From: Polyangiaceae bacterium | GTDB lineage: Bacteria; Myxococcota_A; Polyangia; Polyangiales; Polyangiaceae | Assembly: GCA_044222475.1 (NCBI GenBank) | Contig: JBGANF010000033.1 | Coordinates: 1 to 64,000, forward strand | Direction: 5' to 3' | Length of the DNA: 64,000 bases | Shown here: positions 1 through 10,855 of the stretch, piece after piece | Position numbering within the stretch: position 1 is the stretch's first letter | Layout: every line of letters begins with the position of its first letter | Position numbers and translations under genes: made by a program | The notes under the pieces: generated by a model | Database searches by the model: none | What the model saw: the letters and a program-made list of their open reading frames with translations, nothing else | Told to the model about the DNA's origin: nothing

Positions 1-1009
1 GTTCGAAGCGCCACTCTCCCTTCTCGACGAAGACGCTGCTCTTGTCGCCGTGGAGCAGCAGCGCAGTCGTCGGAACCATCACCTCCGAGACCGCCTTGCC
101 CTTGAAGCTCACGGTCGCGAACATGCCGGGCTTGAGCTTCATCTCGGCGTTCGGCAGCTCGACGCGGACCTTGATCGCGCGCGTCTCCGGATCGAGGAGG
201 TCACCGACGAAGAGCACCTTGCCGTCGATCGGCTCACCCGGATACGCGGCGAGCGCGACGCTCGCGTCGTCACCTTGGTGCACGCGACGGATGTCCTTCT
301 CCTGCACGCTGGCCGTGACCCACACCGAGGAGAGGTCGGCCACGATCATGACGGGGATCGACGGATCGTTCTGGAACTGCCCCGGAGCGGTGTTCAGATC
401 GATGATGCGCCCAGCGATTGGAGAAGTCACGGTCATCGGGCCACCGACGGCGCCGGCGCTCGACCCGAGGAGGCGGAGCCGTGTCGTCGTTCGATCCAGC
501 TCGCTCTGCGCGGTGTCGCGATCGGTCTGCGCCTGCTCGAGCTCGCGCTGCGCCCCCACGCCGTGGTCGACGAGGTCCTTCTGGCGCGCGAGGTTGCGCT
601 CGGCTTGAGCCGCCCCGCTCTTCGCCTTGAGGTAGTCGCTCTGAGCGGCGACGAGATCCGGCGAGTCGAGCGTGAAGAGCGCGGTGCCGGTCGTCACCGA
701 ATCGCCGAAGTGGACGAAGAGCTTCACGACTCGGCCCGGGAGCGGTGGAGCAATCTTGGCCATGCGGGTCGGCTCGGCTTCGATCGTCGCAGGGGCGGAG
801 AGCTGCCCCTGCACCTGTTGCGTCTCGACCGGGCCGACGGTCACGCGCTCGCGGAGCGGAGAGCCGGGTGGAACCACGTAGTCGCCATCGATCCGCTGGA
901 ACGCCGCCGGGTCCTCGTCACGGGTGGCCGTCCCCGACCCTTTGCACGACGCGGCGCACGCGGCGGCGACGCCGACCACGCATGCAAGGAGGACGCTGGT
1001 GCGCGACAT
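1..1009 (-). CDS. Efflux RND transporter periplasmic adaptor subunit (CzcB/CusB-like), lipoprotein; 3' end runs off the window
   Basis: My own minus-strand translation from ATG at 1009 (not in the ORF track): MSRTSVLLACVVGVAAACAASC...KIAPPLPGRVVKLFVHFGDSV...SPIAGRII...VADLSSVWVTASVQEKDI...LDPETRAIKVRVELPN..MKLKPGMF...VPTTAL, typical membrane fusion protein motifs. Confidence 0.88.
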   Translation of the reverse strand, partial: MSRTSVLLACVVGVAAACAASCKGSGTATRDEDPAAFQRIDGDYVVPPGSPLRERVTVGPVETQQVQGQLSAPATIEAEPTRMAKIAPPLPGRVVKLFVHFGDSVTTGTALFTLDSPDLVAAQSDYLKAKSGAAQAERNLARQKDLVDHGVGAQRELEQAQTDRDTAQSELDRTTTRLRLLGSSAGAVGGPMTVTSPIAGRIIDLNTAPGQFQNDPSIPVMIVADLSSVWVTASVQEKDIRRVHQGDDASVALAAYPGEPIDGKVLFVGDLLDPETRAIKVRVELPNAEMKLKPGMFATVSFKGKAVSEVMVPTTALLLHGDKSSVFVEKGEWRFE

Positions 1010-1141
1010 GGCACCTGCAAGCTACGATCTGTCGAGCCGTTCGGTGCGAATTCTCCGAGGAAACCGGCTCATTTTTGCATCCCGAGGCATTCGATCCCAC
1101 GTGCCCGGCGCGCTGCGGCGCGCCACCCCATGGAACATGTT

Positions 1142-1156
1142 GTCCCAGCTTGGGAC
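1142..1156. promoter_or_regulatory. Palindrome GTCCCA-gct-TGGGAC, candidate transcription-factor operator between divergent genes
   Basis: Perfect 6-bp inverted arms with a 3-nt spacer in the divergent intergenic region; the same core recurs at 24461 and 52921. Confidence 0.4.
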
Positions 1157-1217
1157 GAAGGGGCATTGTGCCCCGTGCCCCTTCGGGAGATGGGGCGCCC
1201 GTGATATCGTCGTCGAC

Positions 1218-2897
1218 GTGGATTCGACGTCTGCCGCTCCCGCGAGCACCGACCCTCGAATCGGCACGATGATCGCCGACCGCTACCGGCTCACGTCGAA
1301 GCTCGGCGAAGGCGGCATGGGCGCGGTCTACCGCGGCGTACACGAAGCGCTTCGGAAGACCGTCGCGGTGAAGTTCCTCGTTCCGGCGGCGCGCGCCGAC
1401 GCCGAGCTCGTCGCTCGCTTCGAGCGCGAGGCGGTGGCGACGGCGAACCTCAAGCACCCGAACATCTCCGAAGCCACCGACTTCGGACAGCTGCCCGACG
1501 GCACGTTGTTCCTCGTCATACAGCTGCCCGACGGCACGTTGTTCCTCGTCATGGAGTACGTCGACGGCAAGAACCTCCGCGAGCTCTGCGCGGGAGGCAA
1601 GCTGGCGCCGGCGCGCGCGCTCGCGATCCTGAAGCAGATCGGCGCGGCGCTGACGTTCGCCCACTCGCTCGACGTGGTGCATCGCGACCTCAAACCCGAC
1701 AACGTGATCGTCTTCGATCGCGGGACCGATCGCGATCTCGTGAAGGTGATCGATTTCGGCATCGCCCGGATGAGCAGCGCGTTCGGGGGTGGGCAGACGG
1801 CGCTCACGAAGGCGGGCGCCATCTTCGGGACGCCCGACTACATGGCGCCGGAGCAGGCGATGGGACAAGCCGTCGACGCTCGCGCGGACCAGTACTCCCT
1901 CGGAGCGATGGCGTACGAGCTCTTCACCGGCAAACCACCGTACGCGTCGGACAACGTGACGTCCCTCCTCTACATGCACGTCGGCGCGCCAATCCCGCGC
2001 GTCGACGCTGCCGCGCCCGACGTGTCGCCCGTGGTCGCCGACGTGGTCGAGAAGATGATGGGCAAGCTCCCCGACGAGCGCTACGCGTCCGTCGCCGACG
2101 CGATCGCCGCGCTCGGGGCCGCGCTCGACGCGGTGCCGCCGTCGGTGCCCGTCGCGTCCGGGCCCGTGTCGGCGAGCGCGGTCGCACCGGCGCCCGTACC
2201 CACGACGGGTTCGCAATCGCGCGCCGCTCCGTTTCCGATTCACCTGGTCGCGCTCGGTGGAGTGGCGCTCGTGGCGCTCCTCGGCGGACTGGTGTTCGCC
2301 GTCAGCGTCACCCGGCACGTGACCTCGGCTGCGTCGTCGTCGACGCCGAAGACCACGGTCGCCCGCAGCGACGTCGACGCGGCGCTCGCGCAGTGGCGCA
2401 AAGGTCAGTACGCCGACGCCGCGTCGGCGCTCCGTTCGCTCCTCGCCAGCGACCCCTCGCTCGCCGAGGACTCGGCCATCGCGTCGGCGCTCGCCTCGTC
2501 GGTCGACGACCGCGACGCTGCAAAGCAGGTGGACGAGCTCATGAAGGGGACGGCGCTCGGTCAGTCGACCGCGCTGAGCGGCGCTCTCGCCGAGGTCGCG
2601 GTGCACGGCGGCGTCGCCCAGAGAGACGGCGCGCTCCGCGCGCTCCACGATCGGCACGGGAAGCTCACCGCCGAGCAGCGCGCGCGTGTCGAGCTTCGCG
2701 ACGCGGACGACTGCGACGAGCTCGAGGATGCCGAGGCTCGGCTCGCGACGCTGAGCTCGCGCGCCGCGAGCGACGACCTCAAGTCCGTCGCCGGGAGCGA
2801 GTGCAAGGGGATGCTTCGAAAGAACAAGCTCTGCAACGAGTGCCGCGACGACGAGGACAAAGGCGGGGGAAAGGGCCACGGCCACGGGCACCACTGA
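1218..2897 (+). CDS. Membrane-anchored Ser/Thr protein kinase with C-terminal extracytoplasmic helical domain
   Basis: LGEGGMGAVY, VAVK, HRDLKPDN, DFG, GTPDYMAPE, then a Pro/Ala linker and TM segment (LVALGGVALVALLGGLVFAV). Start GTG 1218 chosen, ATG 1269 possible. Confidence 0.93.
   Translation: MDSTSAAPASTDPRIGTMIADRYRLTSKLGEGGMGAVYRGVHEALRKTVAVKFLVPAARADAELVARFEREAVATANLKHPNISEATDFGQLPDGTLFLVIQLPDGTLFLVMEYVDGKNLRELCAGGKLAPARALAILKQIGAALTFAHSLDVVHRDLKPDNVIVFDRGTDRDLVKVIDFGIARMSSAFGGGQTALTKAGAIFGTPDYMAPEQAMGQAVDARADQYSLGAMAYELFTGKPPYASDNVTSLLYMHVGAPIPRVDAAAPDVSPVVADVVEKMMGKLPDERYASVADAIAALGAALDAVPPSVPVASGPVSASAVAPAPVPTTGSQSRAAPFPIHLVALGGVALVALLGGLVFAVSVTRHVTSAASSSTPKTTVARSDVDAALAQWRKGQYADAASALRSLLASDPSLAEDSAIASALASSVDDRDAAKQVDELMKGTALGQSTALSGALAEVAVHGGVAQRDGALRALHDRHGKLTAEQRARVELRDADDCDELEDAEARLATLSSRAASDDLKSVAGSECKGMLRKNKLCNECRDDEDKGGGKGHGHGHH
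1487..1552 (+). repeat. Exact 33-bp tandem duplication (2 copies) within the kinase gene
   Basis: acagctgcccgacggcacgttgttcctcgtcat at 1487-1519 and 1520-1552, giving QLPDGTLFLVI-QLPDGTLFLVM. Confidence 0.97.
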
Positions 2898-2913
2898 GGT
2901 AAGATCACGCGCC

Positions 2914-3789
2914 GTGAGCGAAGATCTTCAGGCGCGCGTCGGTACGGTCGTCGGGCAACGGTACAAGCTCCTCTCGATGCTGGGTGAAGGCGGGATGGGC
3001 GCCGTGTACCTCGCCGAGGACGTGACCCTCGGCATCAAGGTCGCGCTCAAGCTGCTCAAGCAGGACGTCGCGACCGATCCGACCGTGCTCGCCCGCTTCG
3101 ATCGCGAGGCCAAGGCGATGACGGTGCTCCAACACGAGCACATCGTCCGGGCGCTCGGCTTCGGCCAGTCGCCCGAGGGCGACATGTGCCTCGTCATGGA
3201 GCTCGTCGAAGGCGAGACGCTGCGGAGCATGCTGAAGCGCCTGAAGCGATTTCCTCCCCACGGCGTCGCCGACATCGCAGCCCAAATCGCCGAGGCGCTC
3301 GCGTGCGCCCACTCGTTCGGCGTCGTCCACCGCGATCTCAAGCCGGAGAACGTCCTCGTCTCGTGGCCCGCGCCGGACAAGCCGTGGATCAAGGTCCTCG
3401 ACTTCGGGATGGCACGGCTCCTCGTCGGCGCGCCGGGGACGCCGCTCACGCGCAAGGGGGCGGTGTTCGGCACGCCGGAGTACATGCCGCCCGAGCAGTG
3501 CATGGGACAGCCGGTCGACACCCGCGCCGATCAGTACGCGTTCGGGGTCATGGCGTTCGAGATGCTCGCCGGCGAGCGCCCGTTCAAGGCGAAGTCCGCG
3601 CTCGAGATGGTGCAGATGCAGATCCGCACGGCGCCGCCGTCGCTCGCCAGTCTCGCGCCGGATGTGCCCCCGGCTGCGGCCGAGGTCGTCGCGAAGATGC
3701 TCGCCAAGAAAGCCGACGACCGCTTCCCCGACGTCACCGCGGCGGCGCGGGCGCTGACGGCGGCGCTCGGCCATCCCAAGATGGGATGA
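2914..3789 (+). CDS. Ser/Thr protein kinase, catalytic domain only
   Basis: LGEGGMGAVY, VALK, HRDLKPEN, DFG, GTPEYMPPE; ends just after subdomain XI. Confidence 0.93.
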   Translation: MSEDLQARVGTVVGQRYKLLSMLGEGGMGAVYLAEDVTLGIKVALKLLKQDVATDPTVLARFDREAKAMTVLQHEHIVRALGFGQSPEGDMCLVMELVEGETLRSMLKRLKRFPPHGVADIAAQIAEALACAHSFGVVHRDLKPENVLVSWPAPDKPWIKVLDFGMARLLVGAPGTPLTRKGAVFGTPEYMPPEQCMGQPVDTRADQYAFGVMAFEMLAGERPFKAKSALEMVQMQIRTAPPSLASLAPDVPPAAAEVVAKMLAKKADDRFPDVTAAARALTAALGHPKMG

Positions 3790-3798
3790 GCGTCGCGA

Positions 3799-4062
3799 TC
3801 AGCCGCCGGCGTCGTCCGCGTCGGCCGACGAGTCGCCACCGTCGTCGCTCGCGTCTCCGGCTTCGGTCCCGCCGTCCTTCGCCGCATCCGTCCCGGTCGC
3901 GGTGTCCTTCGCGGCGTCCGCGCCGCAGAACTGGAGGCAGACCCCGGGCCCACACTTCGAGTCGTTGCAGAGCGGGCCGTCGTCCTCCGAGGTCGGGCAG
4001 CCGGCGAGAAACGCGGCGCCAGCGAGCGAAAGACCGACGAAGACCAGGGCACGTCGAGGCAT
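3799..4062 (-). CDS. Small Cys-rich lipoprotein with Asp/Ala/Gly-rich tail
   Basis: Signal peptide ending LAGC lipobox; C-x4-C-x4-C-x3-C; DAAKD/DAG repeats; fills the gap between genes. Confidence 0.7.
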   Translation of the reverse strand: MPRRALVFVGLSLAGAAFLAGCPTSEDDGPLCNDSKCGPGVCLQFCGADAAKDTATGTDAAKDGGTEAGDASDDGGDSSADADDAGG

Positions 4063-4136
4063 CGCTTACAGGGTAAGTCGATGCGAACGGCCGGGTCAAC
4101 GCATGGTCTTGGGCCGTGCTAGAAAAGCACCCTCCC

Positions 4137-5804
<1,668 letters not shown>

Positions 5805-5810
5805 AGCGAA

Positions 5811-6689
5811 TCAGCGCAGCGTCATGCGCACGTAGACGCGCGCCTTCGCGAGGTCGGTCTCGTCGTCGGCGTGGAACACGCCGACGCACTCGATCGCGTC
5901 GTCGCGGGTGAACGTGCGGAGCGAGATTCGAAGCGTGTCACCAGCGAAGCTCGGTCGGCGGTAGCCGAGCTCCAGCGATCGAGCGAGGACCTGCACGCTC
6001 CGCCCCAAGCGTGCGAGGCGGCGCAGCACGGCCTCCTCGAAGAGCGCCGGATACACGAGCGAGTTCACGTGCTGGTTCGAGTCGGTGTGGGTCGGACCCA
6101 TCACGAGCGGGGTGTCGTCCCGCACGAAGTCGCCCTCGAGCGGCATCGCGGTGTTGGGGACCGTGATCACGTCTCGGGGGGCGCGCTGGGCTCGCTCGCG
6201 CGGCGGCACGAAGCGTCCGCCGCCCACGGGGAGGGCGAGGACCTTGCGCTCGTCGGGCGCAGCGAAGGGCCGAGTGAACACGTGCTCGGCGAAGACGGTG
6301 CCTGCGGCGGCGATCGTTCCGGCGCCCGGTGGCGGCGGCAGGTTGGTGCGCCCGAGGCGGCCTTCGACCTCGGTCTCGATGTCGAGGAAGAGGCGCTCCA
6401 CGTCGCCGGCCGCCGACTTCGCGTGGGCGAGGCTGAACGAGCCCCTCACAGCGAAGGGCTCCTCGATCGAGAACGGACCATCGAACGCTTCGACACGGAG
6501 CCGGGTCAGGATCGGGATGATCCCGTGCTCGGTCATCGCGGTCCGCACCTCGGCCGGGGGCGCGACGCCGCGCCACACGACGCCCAGCGCCGTCGGCAGA
6601 GCGCCGACGCGGGGCCGCCCATCCTGGGTGATGTCCTCGTAGCGCAGGGTCATCGGGCCCTGAGCGTGCAGATCGGGTAGCTCGAACAT
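5811..6689 (-). CDS. Hotdog-fold acyl-ACP/acyl-CoA thioesterase-like protein
   Basis: LRYEDITQDG and TDSNQHVNSLVY motifs resemble double-hotdog thioesterases; start MFELPDL at 6689. Confidence 0.6.
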   Translation of the reverse strand: MFELPDLHAQGPMTLRYEDITQDGRPRVGALPTALGVVWRGVAPPAEVRTAMTEHGIIPILTRLRVEAFDGPFSIEEPFAVRGSFSLAHAKSAAGDVERLFLDIETEVEGRLGRTNLPPPPGAGTIAAAGTVFAEHVFTRPFAAPDERKVLALPVGGGRFVPPRERAQRAPRDVITVPNTAMPLEGDFVRDDTPLVMGPTHTDSNQHVNSLVYPALFEEAVLRRLARLGRSVQVLARSLELGYRRPSFAGDTLRISLRTFTRDDAIECVGVFHADDETDLAKARVYVRMTLR

Positions 6690-6710
6690 GGGTCTTACGT
6701 ATAGTTGAAC

Positions 6711-7481
6711 ATGCGGTCGTTTCTCTCGATCGTGGTGGTGGCGGCCTTCGTAGGCGGATGTGGGCACGCGGCGCCGTCGCCCCGCCTGACCCTGGCGGCT
6801 CAGCTCGACGACGACGACCCGGACACCCACCTCACCGACCTGCCTCGTGGGCAGGCTGCCCCCGGCAACGCTGACGCCGTCGTTCGCGTCATCGCTCACG
6901 GGGTGCCTTGTTCCGGCGCGCTCGTTGGTCCCAAGTTGGTACTGACGGCACAGCACTGCGTCGCCGGTCGCGACGGCGACGAGGTGGACGTCACCCTACC
7001 GCCCGGCTACGTCTGGATCGAGCTCGGCGGTGCAGGCTTGCCGTGGGGCCGCGTGCGAGCGCGCAAGCTCGTCACATGCGAGGGCTGGATGGGGAGCGCC
7101 GCCTTCGACGTCGCCGCGCTCGTCCTCGAGGCGCCGGTGCCGGACGTGACGCCGCTGCGTCTTGGCACCATCGCCGAGGGCGACCTCGTCAGCGCGCGCG
7201 GCTTCGGGACCGGCATGGTGGTCCGCTCGATGCCGCTCACGCCGTGGCACACGTTCGACTCGACGCGGAGCTCACGCCAGGGCAAGACCGTGGCGGTCGT
7301 GGACGAGGTCATCGCCGTCGAGATGCCGACCCACGGGGGCGACTCGGGCGGCCCGATCCTCAACGCCGATGGCGAGCTGGTAGCCATCACGTCGCACGGT
7401 CGTGAGGGCGACAAGCCGCTGACGTTGGGTGCGCGCGTGGACGCCTGCGCCACCATGATCGGCGACGCCCTGACCCGCTGA
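6711..7481 (+). CDS. Trypsin-like (S1) serine protease, lipoprotein
   Basis: Lipobox-like VGGC; CSGALV..VLTAQHC, DVAAL, GDSGGP catalytic-triad motifs. Confidence 0.88.
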   Translation: MRSFLSIVVVAAFVGGCGHAAPSPRLTLAAQLDDDDPDTHLTDLPRGQAAPGNADAVVRVIAHGVPCSGALVGPKLVLTAQHCVAGRDGDEVDVTLPPGYVWIELGGAGLPWGRVRARKLVTCEGWMGSAAFDVAALVLEAPVPDVTPLRLGTIAEGDLVSARGFGTGMVVRSMPLTPWHTFDSTRSSRQGKTVAVVDEVIAVEMPTHGGDSGGPILNADGELVAITSHGREGDKPLTLGARVDACATMIGDALTR

Positions 7482-7503
7482 GCTCCCCTCGGCCGCGGCG
7501 TTC

Positions 7504-7797
7504 TCAGGACCTGCGGTCGGTGCCGGTACGGCGGCGCTCGACCGGCGCGAACGCCTCCGAGAGGCGAATGCCGAGCTCGTCGCCGCCTTCGCCGCGCCGC
7601 GAGCCGCGGCGCCGCTGTCCGAGCATCGCCTGGAGCTCGCGCTCGGTCTTGGCGGCGGCGCTCATCCGGCGGTGCATGAGCTCGTGGGTCCCGCACACGA
7701 CGACGAGCTCGCCGTTGGCGAGGCGCGTGGTCGTCAGCGCGCGGGCGTCGTTTTCTCGGCAAATGCTGCACTGACCGTGGACCTTGGAGCCGCTCAT
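7504..7797 (-). CDS. Small hypothetical protein with putative Zn-binding CxxC...CxxH
   Basis: CSIC...VCGTH, GAGG-type RBS before the ATG, fills the intergenic gap. Confidence 0.6.
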   Translation of the reverse strand: MSGSKVHGQCSICRENDARALTTTRLANGELVVVCGTHELMHRRMSAAAKTERELQAMLGQRRRGSRRGEGGDELGIRLSEAFAPVERRRTGTDRRS

Positions 7798-7909
7798 GGC
7801 CTCGGAACATGCCGAAGGAGGGTGGCCAGGGCCAACTTTCGGGCTACCCTCGCCGAACTTTTGAGCTTTTGCTGAATCTCAGCGCATCCAACGTCAACGG
7901 AACACGCAC

Positions 7910-8848
7910 ATGGCCATCAAGCTCGTCACTGGCGGGGCAGGTTTCATCGGATCCAGCTTGGCAGAGTCTCTGCTCGCGAACGGAGAGCGCGTTCGCATCC
8001 TCGACGATTTCTCCTCGGGCCGCCGGTCCAACCTCGAGGCCATGCGCGGCGACGTGGAGGTCATCGAAGGCACCATCGTCGATCCCGCGGTCGTCGCACG
8101 GGCGATGAAGGGGGTCGACGTCGTCTTCCACGAAGCCGCCATGCCGTCCGTCCTCGGCTCGGTCGAAGAGCCGCAGAGCTCGATGGCCGCGAACGTCCAA
8201 GGGACGACCGTCGTGCTCGACGTGGCGCGGACCTCGGGAGTGAAGCGCGTGATCTTCGCCGCCAGCTCGGCGGTCTACGGCAACGGGCCGGAGCTCCCGA
8301 AGCTCGAGACGATGCCCGCTGACCCGCTCTCACCCTACGCGGTGGCGAAGCACACCGGCGAGCAACTCATGCGCGTCTTCTCGGCGCTCTACGGCATCGA
8401 GACGTTGAGTCTCCGCTACTTCAACGTCTTCGGGCCGCGGCAGGACCCGAAGAGCCAGTACGCGGCGGCGATTCCGAATTTCATCACGGCCGCACTCCAG
8501 AAGAAGCGTCCGGTCGTTTTCGGAGACGGAGAGCAGACGCGCGACTTCTGCTTCATCGAGAACGTGGTGCAGGCGAACCTCCTCGCCGCCTCGTCGCCGG
8601 CCAAGCTCACTGGCCAAGTCGTCAACATCGCCTGCGCCGAGCGAATCTCGCTGAACCATCTCATCCGGACCATCGGCGACATCGTGGGAAATCGGCTCGA
8701 CCCGGACTACCGCGACGCCCGCGCCGGAGACGTCCGCGACTCGCTCGCTTCGATCGATGCGGCGAAAGCCCTGATCGGCTATGCTCCGAAGGTCCTCGTT
8801 CGAGAGGGCCTCGAGCGGACGATCGCGGCGTTCGCGAAGTTCGTGTAG
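7910..8848 (+). CDS. NAD-dependent epimerase/dehydratase (extended SDR, UDP-sugar 4-epimerase-like)
   Basis: VTGGAGFIGS, ASSAVYG, YAVAK, LRYFNVFGPRQDP, GDGEQTRDF. Confidence 0.93.
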   Translation: MAIKLVTGGAGFIGSSLAESLLANGERVRILDDFSSGRRSNLEAMRGDVEVIEGTIVDPAVVARAMKGVDVVFHEAAMPSVLGSVEEPQSSMAANVQGTTVVLDVARTSGVKRVIFAASSAVYGNGPELPKLETMPADPLSPYAVAKHTGEQLMRVFSALYGIETLSLRYFNVFGPRQDPKSQYAAAIPNFITAALQKKRPVVFGDGEQTRDFCFIENVVQANLLAASSPAKLTGQVVNIACAERISLNHLIRTIGDIVGNRLDPDYRDARAGDVRDSLASIDAAKALIGYAPKVLVREGLERTIAAFAKFV

Positions 8849-8874
8849 TCTCGGGTCACGGGAAGGGGGGGGCG

Positions 8875-9315
8875 ATGGGAAGTCGAGAACCAGTCTCGGG
8901 TGGCTTTCGTTGGTCGAGCCCGTATGGCGCGCTCACGGTGACGAGGCCGCTGCCCCACATCGAGCTCATCCGCGCCGAAGGGTACGCGGAGGCCGCCGTC
9001 GTCGCTCCGATCCTCGAGCACCGCGATCGAATCATTCGCGAGTGCGGTTCGATCGCGCTCTTCGACGATCTCGAGCTGATGACCGGTTACGCCAGCGCCG
9101 TTCGGGTCGGCCTGACGGAGTGGTCGCGGCTGAACAAGGCCCACATCAGCGCGTTCCACATCCTCACGCGCTCCAAGATCACGGCGATGGGCGTCACCGT
9201 CGCGAACGTGGCGCTCGGCGGGCACATCCGCGCGCACTCTCGCCGTGAGTCGTTCGAGCACGCGCTCGACGCCGAGCTCAATCGCCAGGAGCGGTGGGCG
9301 GTCGGCCAGCGCTGA
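8875..9315 (+). CDS. Hypothetical protein, STAS/SEC14 (SpoIIAA)-like
   Basis: LFDDLELMTGYASAVRVGLTEW...HILTRSKITAMGV pattern resembles small myxobacterial STAS-like proteins. Confidence 0.55.
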   Translation: MGSREPVSGGFRWSSPYGALTVTRPLPHIELIRAEGYAEAAVVAPILEHRDRIIRECGSIALFDDLELMTGYASAVRVGLTEWSRLNKAHISAFHILTRSKITAMGVTVANVALGGHIRAHSRRESFEHALDAELNRQERWAVGQR

Positions 9316-10855
9316 CGTCGCGGCGCGCGAGCAGTCGCACGACGAACGGGCCGAAGCGACGGCTCTCGCCGTTCAGCTCCCAGCTCGCGCTCAGCTCCCG
9401 CTCCGTGGCGGCGCGGTCTTCGAACGACCGAAGCTCGTCGTACACGTACGCCGACGTCTCGGCGCGGTCGAGGCGGCTGCGATAGGGCGCGTACCGATCC
9501 TGCTCCGCGTGGAGCGGAACGACGACGACGGACTCTCGCGAGAGAAACGTCAGGCGATACGCCGCCCAGTAGTCCGCGATGGCGACGGTGACGCCCCTGG
9601 ACGAGAGCTCGCGGAACAGCTGCGCTTCGTCTTCGGCCCGCCCTGCGTCACAGAGGATGGGCATCACGCCCTCGACGTAGGGACCATGCGCCACCCACCC
9701 CGCCGCACCCGCGACCGCGAGGTAGGGAGCGAACGCGAGCGCGACCGCCCACCGACCGTGTCGGGAAGCGATCGCATCGAGCGACGGAGCGACCAGCGCC
9801 GGGAGGGCGAAGATCATCCCAGCGAGGTACCGCATCGAGAAGTGATCCATGACCATCGGCGAGACTTGGAACGCCCCGAGCGTGGTGAGGAAGAGCGTCA
9901 CCCCGAAGAGCCACGGAGCGAAGAGCTGCGGCCTCCGCCCGACGACGAGCCCGGACGCGCCGATCAGGCACGCGAGGACGAACGCTCCGGCGACCTGCGC
10001 GGCGTGGGTGGCGCCGCCGACGGCGAGGGGGGCGTAGTCCATCATGTGGACCGGGCGGAAGATCTTCGTACCGATCGCCCACGGAAGGCAGTCCTTGGAG
10101 AACAGGTCGAAGTTGTGGCCCAGCAGATCGAACCGGAACGTCTCCACGCCGTGCTTCGCTCGCGCGCTCGCGCCGAGGAGCAGAAACGGGATCGCGCCGA
10201 CGGCCGCCCCACCCAGGACGACGCCCATGTCGCGCGCCCGCGCGCGGACCGACGGTCCGCGAGTCGTCGCCACCGCGGCGACGAGCAGGGCAGGCAGGAA
10301 AAGGAGGACGTAGGGGTCGGCGAAGACGGCGAGTAGCGCGAGCATCCCCGCGATCGCGCGACGCCACATCGTACCATGTTGGGACAATGCGTACCAGGCA
10401 GCCATCGCGAGGGTCAGCGAAAGCTCTCGCGGCGGGTACAGCGCGTACGAGTGAACGCACGCGGTGGTGAACACCAACGACATCGCCGCGACGGCCGCGG
10501 TCCATCGTGAGCGGACTCGGTGCGCGAGGGCGAGGTAGGCGAACACCGTCGCCAACGCATGCAGCGCGAGCGACGAGAACATGAGCGCGCGTGGGGTCGG
10601 CCCGACGACGGCGAACACGAGCGCTGCGACCGCACCGTCCGCGGAGGTCTGGTAGCTCGAGCCCCAGAGGAACGGGTCCCACTCGCCCCGGAGCAGGTGC
10701 ATCGCCTGGAGCCCGACGACCGCTGCGTCGGAGTTGGTCGCCGCCGCGTTGAGGAGCGCTGGCGCGCGCACCAGGAACGAGAGCACGACCAGGACCGCGA
10801 TCGGTGCATGCTCGCGGAGCGCGGCGAAGCGACCACGCGCCTGGTGAGAGGTCAT
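9278..10855 (-). CDS. Polytopic membrane glycosyltransferase (GT-C / PMT-like)
   Basis: N-terminal TM then NSDAAVVGLQAMH loop, many TM helices, C-terminal ADYWAAY; ATGA overlap with the upstream kinase stop. Confidence 0.65.
   Translation of the reverse strand: MTSHQARGRFAALREHAPIAVLVVLSFLVRAPALLNAAATNSDAAVVGLQAMHLLRGEWDPFLWGSSYQTSADGAVAALVFAVVGPTPRALMFSSLALHALATVFAYLALAHRVRSRWTAAVAAMSLVFTTACVHSYALYPPRELSLTLAMAAWYALSQHGTMWRRAIAGMLALLAVFADPYVLLFLPALLVAAVATTRGPSVRARARDMGVVLGGAAVGAIPFLLLGASARAKHGVETFRFDLLGHNFDLFSKDCLPWAIGTKIFRPVHMMDYAPLAVGGATHAAQVAGAFVLACLIGASGLVVGRRPQLFAPWLFGVTLFLTTLGAFQVSPMVMDHFSMRYLAGMIFALPALVAPSLDAIASRHGRWAVALAFAPYLAVAGAAGWVAHGPYVEGVMPILCDAGRAEDEAQLFRELSSRGVTVAIADYWAAYRLTFLSRESVVVVPLHAEQDRYAPYRSRLDRAETSAYVYDELRSFEDRAATERELSASWELNGESRRFGPFVVRLLARRDVSAGRPPTAPGD

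Noticed and set aside
1066..1080. Possible sigma-54 promoter GGCTCATTTTTGCA upstream of the first kinase
   Set aside because: GG-to-GC spacing is 9 nt rather than the required 10.
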